A stretch of 64,000 nt of DNA from Gemmatimonas sp. (GTDB lineage Bacteria > Gemmatimonadota > Gemmatimonadetes > Gemmatimonadales > Gemmatimonadaceae): the NCBI GenBank assembly GCA_965279375.1, contig OZ257156.1, positions 3,584,001 to 3,648,000 on the forward strand. The letters are read 5' to 3'. Both the position numbers and the translations under genes were made by a program. Numbering within the stretch: the first letter of the stretch is position 1; every line of letters begins with the position of its first letter. Below the pieces are notes generated by a model that saw only the letters and a program-made list of their open reading frames with translations, was not told the DNA's origin and made no database searches. This document shows positions 1 to 9,126 of this stretch, one piece after another.

Positions 1-4
1 CGAG

Positions 5-628
5 ATGACCATGTCTACCGACGCCCTGCTGGCCGATCGCCAGGCCCGTTTCCAAACCTTGGTGCTGCCGCACCTGGACCGCTTGTGCGGATTCGCGCGG
101 CGGCGGACGGGTGAGATGGGCGACGCCGAGGACGCGGTGCAGGATGCCTGCATGCGGGCGTGGACAGCGTTCGATGAGCTGCGCGACGAGACGAAGGTGC
201 GCGCTTGGCTCTACCGCATCCTGCGCACGGTCCTCAGCGACGGGCTCAAGAAAGAGGGCCGCCGCCGACAGCTGGTGTCGATTACCCGCCTCGAAGACGC
301 GCACGAAACGATGGTCGGTGGGGACCCGGATTTCGCCTTCGCCGAAGTCGTCGCCCGAATCGATCGCGAGGTGTTGCAGGCCGCGCTCGAAACGATTCCG
401 GAAGACTTCGCCACCGCCGTCGAGTTGCACGACATCGACGGTTTCAAGTATCAGGAGATTGCTGACATCACGGCGGTGCCCATCGGCACGGTGATGAGTC
501 GCATCTCCCGCGGTCGCCGTCTGCTGGCGGGCGCCATCGTTGAACATCGCGCGGAATGGGCGCTCGGAGCCGATGCCGGCACGATCCAGCGCCCGACGTC
601 GCGCCGACACCACGGGAAGGGGGCCTGA
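5..628 (+). CDS. ECF RNA polymerase sigma factor (sigma70 group 4)
   Basis: Region 2 motifs DAEDAVQD and RAWLYRI; region 4 motif YQEIADITAVPIGTVMSRISRGR. Start may be 5 or 11. Confidence 0.93.
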   Translation: MTMSTDALLADRQARFQTLVLPHLDRLCGFARRRTGEMGDAEDAVQDACMRAWTAFDELRDETKVRAWLYRILRTVLSDGLKKEGRRRQLVSITRLEDAHETMVGGDPDFAFAEVVARIDREVLQAALETIPEDFATAVELHDIDGFKYQEIADITAVPIGTVMSRISRGRRLLAGAIVEHRAEWALGADAGTIQRPTSRRHHGKGA

Positions 629-1506
629 TGAGTGACCTGACCACCACAGGCGCATTTGCCATTCCGCGTCCGGACGACGATCCGGATCGCGAAAGCCGAC
701 ATCAGGTGCTCGCCACGCTGCTCGGCGCCTACGCAGACGGCGAGGTACCCAGCGAAACGGCCTCGCAAATCGACGCGCATCTCCTCGGCTGCTCTCGTTG
801 CCGCAGTGAACTCGAGGTGCATCGCGCCATTCGCGCCCGACTCGAACGCGAGCCGATTCCGGCCGCGTCTCCAGCGATGCGGGAGCGAGTCCTCAGCGGA
901 ATTCTGGCGGCGCCGGCGACGCAGGCTGTGGCCCAGACGCAGCTGCCCGCTGCCGTCCAACCGCCACGCCGGTGGACTTTCTGGATGATGGCGGCCGTGC
1001 TCGTCGTGGCGGCCATCGCCGGCGCGATGACGGTGCGTTCGGGCACGCAGGCGCCACAGGCGTCGTACACGGTGGTCACCTCGCCATCGCTTCCGCTCTT
1101 CGATGTAGTGCTGGCCGACTATCGCCGTGTGATCGCCACCGATCTGCCGGGGCGCTCGCGCGATCTCGCCACCGTGCGCGAGGCGCTCCCTTTTCCGGTG
1201 AACGCGTTGGTGTCTCCCAAGCTGCGATTGCTCGCGGCGTGGACAACCGATCTGGGGGGCGAGCCGGCGGCGGTGCTCGCCTATCGCTGGAACGACCAAC
1301 TCGTGCTTCAGTATGTCGTCTCGGAGCAGCTCCTCTTTCGTCCGCCCGAGCTGCGTCGCGCGTTCGCCGGTGGCCGTCAGCTGGCATCGCAGGTCGGCGA
1401 TCAGAGTGTGATCGCGTGGCCCTCGGCGGCTGGCGGCGAGCTGCTCGTGGCGGATATGGCGGTCAACGAGATCGCGGCGCTCCGTGCGACGGTGATTGGT
1501 CGCTGA
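628..1506 (+). CDS. Membrane anti-sigma factor with zinc-binding (zf-HC2/ZAS) domain
   Basis: HxxxCxxC (HLLGCSRC) after LGAYADGE; one TM helix; extracytoplasmic C-terminal domain; ATG overlaps the sigma stop (TGATG). Confidence 0.88.
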   Translation: MSDLTTTGAFAIPRPDDDPDRESRHQVLATLLGAYADGEVPSETASQIDAHLLGCSRCRSELEVHRAIRARLEREPIPAASPAMRERVLSGILAAPATQAVAQTQLPAAVQPPRRWTFWMMAAVLVVAAIAGAMTVRSGTQAPQASYTVVTSPSLPLFDVVLADYRRVIATDLPGRSRDLATVREALPFPVNALVSPKLRLLAAWTTDLGGEPAAVLAYRWNDQLVLQYVVSEQLLFRPPELRRAFAGGRQLASQVGDQSVIAWPSAAGGELLVADMAVNEIAALRATVIGR

Positions 1507-1678
1507 TTGGTCGTCGCTGCGCACTGGCGCCACGCGCGATGATCGTGATCTGGAGACCTTTCTGCGTATTGCGTCGATCCGGTGGTAGGCGCTGATTTCC
1601 GGCATGATCTGGATGCCGGTTCGTCCCCACCGACCGTTCGCGCCGTGGGGTGTGTTGCTGCGTACGGTCGCTGAAGCC

Positions 1679-3052
1679 ATGCATGTAGCCGTGCGGAGAG
1701 TCGCGCGGTTGCGCACACTGCCGTTCGGCCTGTTGGTGCTTGCTCCCGCGCTTTCTGCGCAGGGGGCTCCGTCGCGTGCTGATAGCGTGCGCCGAGATAC
1801 GTTGCCGCTCAGCGCCGATTCGCTGACGGCGCGGCTCGCACGGGCCGAGGCGGCGATTGCGCTGCTGCAGCAGCAGTTGGCCACGGAGGCCAGCTCCGCG
1901 GTACGCACACGCTCGCGCATCCAGCTGGAGCTGTCCGGGCGCATCATCACCAACAGCTATTACACGTCCGGTCGCGCGAACAGCGCGGAGCTGCCGCTGT
2001 TCGTGCGGGATCCGGCGCTGCCCGCCTCTGTGCAGGGACGTCCGGGGACGCGCGCGTTCGGCATTTCGCTTCGGCAGACGTTCATTGGTGCAGCGCTCAG
2101 CGTGGACAGCGTGCTGGGCGGAACGTTTGTGGGTGACATCGACGTCGATTTCTTCTCCGGCGGTACCGCGTTCACGGCCGACGCCTTTGGCTTTCCGGAG
2201 ATGCGGCTGCGGACGGTGAACGCACAGCTGCACTGGACGAACACCGCGCTCATGGTGGGCAGCGAGACGCCGCTGATCTCCGACTTGAATCCCGTGTCGC
2301 TCGCGGCCGCGGGTACGCCGGAGTTTGCGGCTGCGGGCAACCTCTGGAACTGGATTCCGCAGGTGCGCGTCTCGCGGACGGTCGCGCGGCGCACGATCGG
2401 TGTCACGCCCGTTCGCGTCGCGCTGCATGCTGCTGCGCTCGCGCCGGTGAGTGGATTTCGGCATCCCGCCGAACCCGATGCGATCGATGCCGGCGAGCGC
2501 GCCGGACGACCGTCGCTCCAGGGGCGCGGGAGTGTGCAGTGGGGCGACGCCGATGCGCCGGAAGATCGCCGTGGTGAAATCGGTGTTGGTGTGCACCGCG
2601 GGTGGTTACGCGTGAGCGGCGATTCGCTCACCATGTCTCGAGCGTTGGCGATGGACGCTCACGTCGGTCTGTCGCATGGATTGTCGCTGCTCGCGGAAGG
2701 CTTCGCCGGGCGCGCCGTGAGTTCGCTGGGCGGAGGCGGCATCGGTCAGTCCTTCGGCGTGCCGCGCGCATCCGAAGTACTCGGGCCGCCGGTACGCGAT
2801 GTCGCAGGGTGGTTTCAGCTCAATGCGCAGACGCATCCGACGTTGCTCAGTGGCGTTGGGTGCGGGCTCGATGTGGCCGACGCGCGCGATCGTCCGCGCC
2901 GCCTCCGCAACGGCGCCTGTGAGGCCCATGTCATTTGGCGGCCCACGCAGCCGATTCTCGTGGGCGTTGAGCTCCGTCGCCTGCGCACCGTCTACGCGAC
3001 AGGCCCCGAACGGGCGACGCATCTGAACATCGCGTTAGGGTTCGAGTGGTGA
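1679..3052 (+). CDS. Putative outer-membrane porin/beta-barrel with N-terminal coiled coil (DcaP-like architecture)
   Basis: Signal peptide (LLVLAPALSAQ), coiled segment LTARLARAEAAIALLQQQL, amphipathic strands, C-terminal LGFEW. Start 1604 or 1679 uncertain. Confidence 0.6.
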   Translation: MHVAVRRVARLRTLPFGLLVLAPALSAQGAPSRADSVRRDTLPLSADSLTARLARAEAAIALLQQQLATEASSAVRTRSRIQLELSGRIITNSYYTSGRANSAELPLFVRDPALPASVQGRPGTRAFGISLRQTFIGAALSVDSVLGGTFVGDIDVDFFSGGTAFTADAFGFPEMRLRTVNAQLHWTNTALMVGSETPLISDLNPVSLAAAGTPEFAAAGNLWNWIPQVRVSRTVARRTIGVTPVRVALHAAALAPVSGFRHPAEPDAIDAGERAGRPSLQGRGSVQWGDADAPEDRRGEIGVGVHRGWLRVSGDSLTMSRALAMDAHVGLSHGLSLLAEGFAGRAVSSLGGGGIGQSFGVPRASEVLGPPVRDVAGWFQLNAQTHPTLLSGVGCGLDVADARDRPRRLRNGACEAHVIWRPTQPILVGVELRRLRTVYATGPERATHLNIALGFEW

Positions 3053-3774
3053 GCCCGATTACCGAACTTGCAGTGCGCACTTTTCTGCGCGTGAGCCGTG
3101 CCGCGACCGTGCTGTATGGCGTCGTGTTGCTCGGCGCCGCCCCGGCGCACGCGCAGGGCACCGTGCGCGGCACGCTGGCACTACTCGAAAAAGCGGGTGC
3201 AACCGTTCGCGATCTCAGCGACGCGGTGATTTATCTCGAAGCGCCCGGACGCGTGGTGCACGATGGGCGCGACGCGTTGGCCACGGCCAAGATCGACATG
3301 CGGCGGCGCGAATTCGAACCGCACGTGCAGATTGTGCGAGTTGGAGGCACGGTCGGCTTTCCCAACAGCGATCCCTTCAGCCACAACGTGTTCTCGAACA
3401 GCGCACTCGGCGCGTTCGATCTCGGGCTCTATCGCTCCGGGGTGACGCGCGGTGCCACGTTCCCGCGCGCGGGGGCATACGCCATCTACTGCAACATCCA
3501 CGCACGCATGGTCAGCTTCGTGCTCGCGGTGCCGTCCCCGTGGGTGGCGAAAGCGGGCAGCGATGGCCAGTTCACCATCGGTGGTGTGCCGACGGGCACG
3601 TACCGTCTGCACGTGTGGCATGAGCGTGCGCCTGAAGTGGTGCAGGAGTTGAACGTCGGGCCGACGGGTGTCGCAGGGCTCGCGCTGACGCTCGATGCAC
3701 GCGGCTACGTCGCCAAGCCGCACCCCAACAAGTTCGGCGCTGTCTATCCGACGACGCGTGCCGACCGCTACTGA
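3049..3774 (+). CDS. Secreted cupredoxin-like protein with C-terminal carboxypeptidase-regulatory-like/Ig domain
   Basis: Signal peptide ending AHA-Q; HNVFS plus YCNIHARM (His...Cys-x2-His-x2-Met type-1 copper ligand pattern); GQFTIGGVPTGTYRLHVWH. Confidence 0.75.
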   Translation: MSPITELAVRTFLRVSRAATVLYGVVLLGAAPAHAQGTVRGTLALLEKAGATVRDLSDAVIYLEAPGRVVHDGRDALATAKIDMRRREFEPHVQIVRVGGTVGFPNSDPFSHNVFSNSALGAFDLGLYRSGVTRGATFPRAGAYAIYCNIHARMVSFVLAVPSPWVAKAGSDGQFTIGGVPTGTYRLHVWHERAPEVVQELNVGPTGVAGLALTLDARGYVAKPHPNKFGAVYPTTRADRY

Positions 3775-5899
3775 GTCGTCGCCAAGTTCGCTGGGGTTCA
3801 CGTGGCGCGTCTTTGCGCTGACCGCAGCGCTCGTTGGCGTCGTGGTCATTGTCGCGCTGCTCGTCGCGTCCGATTCGGTGCGCCGTGCCAGTGATCGCAC
3901 CGCCCATCGCGGACTCGAACAGAGCGCCGATCTCGTCGCACAGTTTCTGGCCGGGCGCGAACGCAGTCTCGCCGGTGGCGCTCGCGTCTTCGTGCAGGGC
4001 CCGTACTTCCGTACGCTCGTGTCCGAGCGTCGTCGCGCCGACATTCTCGATCAGACCTTCGAGGCCGCCGCGCAGCTCGAGTCGCAGTGGGTGTTCATCA
4101 CCGACGGACGCGGCGTGCTGTTGGCCAAATCGGATGAGCCGGGGGTCAGCGGATCGGAGTTGGGCGATGTCCCGTTGATTGCTGGCGCATTGAGCGGTCG
4201 ATCGACGTCCGGCTTTGGCGTCTCGCGTGACTCATTGCTCTTCCAGGCCGTCGCCGTGCCGATCGAGATTCCCGGCGGCGCGTCGATTGGTGTGCTGGTG
4301 GCCACCAAAGTCGTCGATTCCTTGCTCGCGCACGACGTGAAGGTGGCCACGTCGAGTGAGCTGGTGTTCTTCACGCGCGATGTGGATGGCGGCGTGCATC
4401 TGGCCGCGTCCACGCTGGGCACCGACAGCGCGCTCGTTTCAGGCGTGCGTGCGCTCTCGGGAAGAGCGGGAGCAGCGCCCGGCAATGCGCAGCTCCCGGA
4501 GCTGCGAATCAAAGGCACGGACTATCTCGCGCAGCGCACGTCGCTGACGACGGCCGGCGGCGATGTGGTTGGCGGGTTTGTGGTGCTACGCTCGCGCGAC
4601 GCGGAGCGTGCCAGTCTGTCGGACGTGCGCCGTTCGATTGTGGTGGCAGGCGCCATCGGATTCGTGCTCGCGCTGCTCCTGGCGTATGCCGCCGCGCGAC
4701 GCGTGGCACGCCCGGTGCGCACGTTGGCAGGCGCGGTGCGGCGCGCCGCAGACGGCAACTACGAGATGGTCATCCGCAACGCCGTGCCGCAGTCGTCGGC
4801 CGGTGCGGAAGTGGATGAACTGGCCGACGCAGTGGACGCACTCCTCGCCGACCTGCGAGACAAGGAGGCGCTGATCGCCATGACGGTGCGCGAGGCACCC
4901 GCGGCCACGACGGACAACGCTGCGACGCGCGAGATCCCGCGCCGCCGTCGTTCGATCGGTGAGGGAAGTGGGGCAGTCGGAGCTGTGCCACGCATTGGCG
5001 CACGGCAGGGGTTGGTGCTCGCCCCAGGCGACATGCTGGCCAATCGCTATCGCATCGCGGCGCTGCTCGGAACGGGTGGCGTGGGCATGGTCTATCGCGC
5101 CGTCGACCGTTCACTCGGTGAAACGGTGGCCATCAAACTGCTGCGTCCGGAGGTGTTCGCCGCGGATCCGCATGCGTTCGATCGGGTGAAGGACGAGCTC
5201 CGCCTCGCACGGCGCATCACGCACCGCAACGTCGTGCGCACGCACGATATCGGCGAGAGCGACGGCGTGCCGTTCTTCACGATGGAGTTCGTGGACGGGA
5301 CGTCGCTCGCGGATGTCATCCATGCGCGCGGTGCGCTGCCGCCGTCAGCGGTGATCTCGATTGCCAAGCAGCTGTTGCGCGCGTTGGCGGCGGCGCATGC
5401 GCAGGATGTCGTGCACGGCGACCTCAAGCCGCAGAACCTGCTCATCGGCTCGAATGGCGTGCTCAAAGTGTCCGACTTTGGCGTGGCGCGACTCATCCGC
5501 GATCCGCGTCGGAGCGGTGGCGCGCGCGACGGCGCCTCGCTGCAGCTGGCGGGGGCGACGATCGGCACGCCCGAATACATGGCACCCGAGCAGCTCATTG
5601 GCGGTGCGGCCAACTTCCTCACGGACATCTACGCCGCCGGCATCGTCGTGCATGAATGTCTGACCGGTGGCACGCCGTATCGCGCCGACACGCCGATGGC
5701 ATTCTTTGCGCACAAGCTGGTCGCGCCTGACGCGACCGACACAGCCGCTTCCCGCACCGACCGTCAGCCGCTGGTCGTTTCCGATCCGCGCTATTCGGGC
5801 GCGCTCGAGCGTCTCATCTCCAGCATGACTGCGCCGGACGCCGAGCAGCGCGCGCAGTCCGCGTCGGCTCTCCTGCGAGCGTTTGCAGCGCTGGGTTAG
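3758..5899 (+). CDS. Membrane sensor Ser/Thr (Hanks-type) protein kinase with periplasmic Cache-like domain and HAMP
   Basis: Two TM helices flank a periplasmic domain; HAMP (RPVRTLAGAVRRAADGNY...EVDELADAVDALL); kinase motifs GTGGVG, VAIK, HGDLKPQN, DFG, GTPEYMAPE. GTG at 3758 preferred over ATG at 3695. Confidence 0.88.
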   Translation: MPTATESSPSSLGFTWRVFALTAALVGVVVIVALLVASDSVRRASDRTAHRGLEQSADLVAQFLAGRERSLAGGARVFVQGPYFRTLVSERRRADILDQTFEAAAQLESQWVFITDGRGVLLAKSDEPGVSGSELGDVPLIAGALSGRSTSGFGVSRDSLLFQAVAVPIEIPGGASIGVLVATKVVDSLLAHDVKVATSSELVFFTRDVDGGVHLAASTLGTDSALVSGVRALSGRAGAAPGNAQLPELRIKGTDYLAQRTSLTTAGGDVVGGFVVLRSRDAERASLSDVRRSIVVAGAIGFVLALLLAYAAARRVARPVRTLAGAVRRAADGNYEMVIRNAVPQSSAGAEVDELADAVDALLADLRDKEALIAMTVREAPAATTDNAATREIPRRRRSIGEGSGAVGAVPRIGARQGLVLAPGDMLANRYRIAALLGTGGVGMVYRAVDRSLGETVAIKLLRPEVFAADPHAFDRVKDELRLARRITHRNVVRTHDIGESDGVPFFTMEFVDGTSLADVIHARGALPPSAVISIAKQLLRALAAAHAQDVVHGDLKPQNLLIGSNGVLKVSDFGVARLIRDPRRSGGARDGASLQLAGATIGTPEYMAPEQLIGGAANFLTDIYAAGIVVHECLTGGTPYRADTPMAFFAHKLVAPDATDTAASRTDRQPLVVSDPRYSGALERLISSMTAPDAEQRAQSASALLRAFAALG

Positions 5900-6915
5900 T
5901 CGTCGCCGTCGGTGACGAACATCCGGTCGGCGATGTGCGCAATCTCTTCCGCGTCGCGCCATGCAGCTTCGAGCGCCGCGAGTTCGCCCTGCATGGCCTG
6001 ACGTTCCGCGTCCTCGTGCACGGCGATCTCGAGCGCGATGCGTTCCACCGGTGTGAGCCCGAGCACGCCGACATCGTCGTCCCAGAAGATGGCATTCTTT
6101 CGACGGCGATTCGTGCGGAGCACGGCACTCTCCCTGATGTAGCGATCCACGTCGCCGACCGCGGCAATCCGCTTGGTCGCATCGCGGATTTGCGCGCGCG
6201 TTCCGCCGTCCTGATTGATGCGCGAAAGCAGGTTGCCGGCGACTTGCAGTGCGTCGGCGCCCTCGAAATCGCTCACGCCATCCGTGTGTGCCACGCGAAA
6301 GGTCCACGACGGGTCGCGTGGGGACGCGACGATCTCGAGACGCGCCACGTGGCTGAATCGCAGGGCGCGCAGCATGCCGTCGGGCGTGCGTACGTGCGCG
6401 AGCACCTTGTCGTAGCCGATACGCGCTTCGGTCGCTTCGAGCGAGTGCAGCAACGTGTCGCGCAGCACGCGACTTCCCGACGCGGTGTAGCCGATGCCAA
6501 CAAGGCCGGCCATTGCACCCACTGCCATCGCCGCACCGTTGGAGAGCAGGGAACTGACCGAGGCGCCTGCCCCGCGCAGTCGACGACGGCGCAGCCGCGA
6601 GCCGTAGCGCCACGCGGCAAACTCGGGGCGCAGCGGCTTCCCCACGCGCACCAGGTCCAGCCCGCCCGACAGCGTCGCCAGTCCGATGTTGTCCGTGGAG
6701 ACGCGCACGACAGTGCTTCGATAGCGCCGCTCACAGGCCTCGACCGCCTCCCACCGCTGCTCGAGCGGCGAGAGGTTCCAGTTCCGGCATTTCGTGCACA
6801 CCACCCAGAGTCGGCCGCGTTCCGCGTCGAAGGCCAGCCGTCGGCCGACCTGAAACGCTTCGATCTCCGAGTTGCGCCCCAGATGGGTGTGGCAGAACAG
6901 GCACGTCGAATACAT
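5896..6915 (-). CDS. Hypothetical protein with N-terminal Cys4 zinc-finger-like motif
   Basis: ORF with GGAGGA SD before ATG 6915; CLFC...CTKC; central hydrophobic segment; C-terminal helical EEIAHIAD. Confidence 0.7.
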   Translation of the reverse strand: MYSTCLFCHTHLGRNSEIEAFQVGRRLAFDAERGRLWVVCTKCRNWNLSPLEQRWEAVEACERRYRSTVVRVSTDNIGLATLSGGLDLVRVGKPLRPEFAAWRYGSRLRRRRLRGAGASVSSLLSNGAAMAVGAMAGLVGIGYTASGSRVLRDTLLHSLEATEARIGYDKVLAHVRTPDGMLRALRFSHVARLEIVASPRDPSWTFRVAHTDGVSDFEGADALQVAGNLLSRINQDGGTRAQIRDATKRIAAVGDVDRYIRESAVLRTNRRRKNAIFWDDDVGVLGLTPVERIALEIAVHEDAERQAMQGELAALEAAWRDAEEIAHIADRMFVTDGDD

Positions 6916-7077
6916 GAACTCCTCCAGCTGCGTCGGGGAGCGCGTCAATCGTCGCGAACCGCATTCGGCACCACGTTAGCATCCGGCCGTCATCTGTAAA
7001 GCACCGCCATGTCCGACGTCATGTGGCGACGGAGCGCACATCGGCGCGCAGGGTGGGGCTTTTTTCGTCCCACGTGT

Positions 7078-7086
7078 TGCTACAAT
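7078..7086 (+). promoter_or_regulatory. Putative extended -10 promoter (TGnTACAAT) for the Rieske lipoprotein gene
   Basis: TGCTACAAT at 7078-7086, about 50 nt upstream of ATG 7137. Confidence 0.45.
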
Positions 7087-7136
7087 GCACAGGGAGAACG
7101 GAACGCGGTCCCACTTCGAGCACGCCTCGCACCCCC

Positions 7137-8681
7137 ATGTCAGACATGCATCTTCCCGTCGTTGCCGCCGATCCATCCGCCGCACACGAGCATGCTGAGG
7201 ATTCGACGCCCGCCGAGGCACGCGGCCACTCGCACAGCAGCTGTGGCGGGTGCAGCGGCTTCGATCGACGCGAATTTCTCTCTCGAGCCTCGCTCCTCGG
7301 GCTTGGCGCGTTGGTGACGGCGGCCTGTGGCGACGGCGTGATCGGTGGACCCGATGCTGCGTCCAACCTGCTCACCACGCCGTTCGTGGTCGACCCAAAG
7401 CAGGTGTCGTCGCTATTGCAGGTGGGTGGCCGAGCGGTCGTGACCTCGCCGAGCAGCGGATCGGTGCTGGTGGAGCATGTGTCCGCCACCGTCTACCGCG
7501 CCTTTTCGCTGTCGTGCCCGCACCAGGGGACGACACTGACCGTGCAGTCAAACGGGTTCCACTGTCCCAACCACGACGCACGGTTCTCGCCGGATGGCGT
7601 CTGGCAGAGCGGTCAGCCCACCTCCGATCTCGTTGCGGTCGCGGTGCAGCTGCAAGCCGACGGCACGCTCCTGGTCGGCGGCGTCGTCGCTGCCCCAACG
7701 CCGCCCGTGCTCGCGCTGTCCGCCACGACGATTTCCTTCACAGCCAGCACCACCGGGGCGGCCCCAGCCGCGCAGAGCGTGAACGTCACCAATAGCGGTG
7801 GCGGTGTGCTCTCCGATATCGGCGTGGCGCTGTCGTACGGCACCAACCAACCCACGGGGTGGCTGACGGTCGCGCTGAATGCCACCACGGCACCCGCGGC
7901 GATTCAGCTCACGGCCGCGCGTGGACTGCTGCCGGCGGGAACGTACACCGCGGCGCTGCGTGTCTCCGCCACCGGGGCGTCGAACGCGGCGCAGACCGTC
8001 AACGTGACGCTCGTCGTGCTCGACCCCAACGCACCGCCTGCACTGCAGCTCTCGGCGTCCGCGCTCAGCTTCTCCGCGACCCGTGGTGCCACGCCGACTG
8101 CGCAGACGGTGCAACTCCTCAATTCCGGCGGTGGCACGCTCGCAGGGTTGGCGTTCACCATTGCGTATGGCACCGGAGCGACGGCGTGGCTCTCCACCTC
8201 GCTGCTCAGCGGCAGCACCGCGCCGGCCACACTTACGGTGCGTCCCGAGACGTCCGCGCTCGCTGCAGGCACCTACACCGCCACAATCACGGTGACGGCT
8301 GCGGCCGGTCTGTCACGCACGATCACGATCTCCGTGACCGTCGTCGGGGCTGGACTGGCGGTGACTATCGCGAGCTGGCCAGCGCTCGCCACCGTGGGAG
8401 GCGCGGTGGGCAGCGTCGGTAACCTCGCCGGCGTGCCTGTCGCGGTCGTGCGCACCGGCGCCAGTACCTTCGCCGCGTACTCCATGCGCTGCCCGCATCA
8501 GGGCACGACGGTTCGGGTGCAGAACTACAACGGCACGGGTTCGACGTTCTATTGCCCGTCACACACCGCGCTCTGGAACAGCAGTGGGCAGCTCCTCTCC
8601 ACATCGCGCCAGCGCACGAGCGCGCTCCCGTCGCTGACGGTCACCTACACGCCGGGCGATACGGTCCTTTACGTCTCGTAG
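7137..8681 (+). CDS. Tat-exported lipoprotein: Rieske [2Fe-2S] - 2x Ig/BACON-like - Rieske [2Fe-2S]
   Basis: Twin-arginine DRREFL plus lipobox VTAAC; CPH..CPNH and CPH..CPSH Rieske motifs; two ~105-aa repeats (NSGGG...W L...AGTYTA). Confidence 0.82.
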   Translation: MSDMHLPVVAADPSAAHEHAEDSTPAEARGHSHSSCGGCSGFDRREFLSRASLLGLGALVTAACGDGVIGGPDAASNLLTTPFVVDPKQVSSLLQVGGRAVVTSPSSGSVLVEHVSATVYRAFSLSCPHQGTTLTVQSNGFHCPNHDARFSPDGVWQSGQPTSDLVAVAVQLQADGTLLVGGVVAAPTPPVLALSATTISFTASTTGAAPAAQSVNVTNSGGGVLSDIGVALSYGTNQPTGWLTVALNATTAPAAIQLTAARGLLPAGTYTAALRVSATGASNAAQTVNVTLVVLDPNAPPALQLSASALSFSATRGATPTAQTVQLLNSGGGTLAGLAFTIAYGTGATAWLSTSLLSGSTAPATLTVRPETSALAAGTYTATITVTAAAGLSRTITISVTVVGAGLAVTIASWPALATVGGAVGSVGNLAGVPVAVVRTGASTFAAYSMRCPHQGTTVRVQNYNGTGSTFYCPSHTALWNSSGQLLSTSRQRTSALPSLTVTYTPGDTVLYVS

Positions 8682-8748
8682 TCGACCTCTCTGCGCACTC
8701 ACCGCAGCGCCTTCGCGCGACGTGGCCAAAGCTGCGTCGCGCGAGCCG

Positions 8749-8777
8749 TTGTAGGGCGTGGGGGGAATGGCTACGTT
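8749..8777 (+). promoter_or_regulatory. Putative sigma70 promoter for the fmdB-like/argS operon
   Basis: TTGTAG-N17-TACGTT. Confidence 0.4.
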
Positions 8778-8813
8778 TAGAGGCTGTCCGTACCCAAGCC
8801 AAGTATTGTAGCC

Positions 8814-9092
8814 ATGCCGACTTACGAGTTCCGCTGCCCCGACGGCACCATCATCGAGCGCATCTTCAAGATCTCCGAGGTCCCGGACCAGATTCCGGTG
8901 CCCGACGGAGAGGGAATGGCCACGCGCATCATCTCCGGTGGCGCCCAGCTCCTCTTCAAGGGAAGCGGCTTCTACATCACCGACTACGGGAAGGACGGGA
9001 AGAAGGATCAGCGCTCGACTGGCGGAGAGTCCAGCTCCTCCAGCGACAGCAAGCCCGCTTCGAGCCCGCCGCCGTCGTCGAAGTCCGACTGA
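8814..9092 (+). CDS. FmdB-family zinc-ribbon-like protein (Cys-depleted)
   Basis: MPTYEFRC start, FKGSGFYITDY signature and Ser-rich tail. Confidence 0.8.
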   Translation: MPTYEFRCPDGTIIERIFKISEVPDQIPVPDGEGMATRIISGGAQLLFKGSGFYITDYGKDGKKDQRSTGGESSSSSDSKPASSPPPSSKSD

Positions 9093-9126
9093 CGCGCCTC
9101 GCCATTCTTCCAACGATCCGACGCTC

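Noticed and set aside
1552..1575. Possible ECF promoter GGAGAC...CGTC before the porin gene
   Set aside because: The -35 lacks the AAC core and spacing is short. The sigma's own promoter is outside the window, so no comparison is possible.
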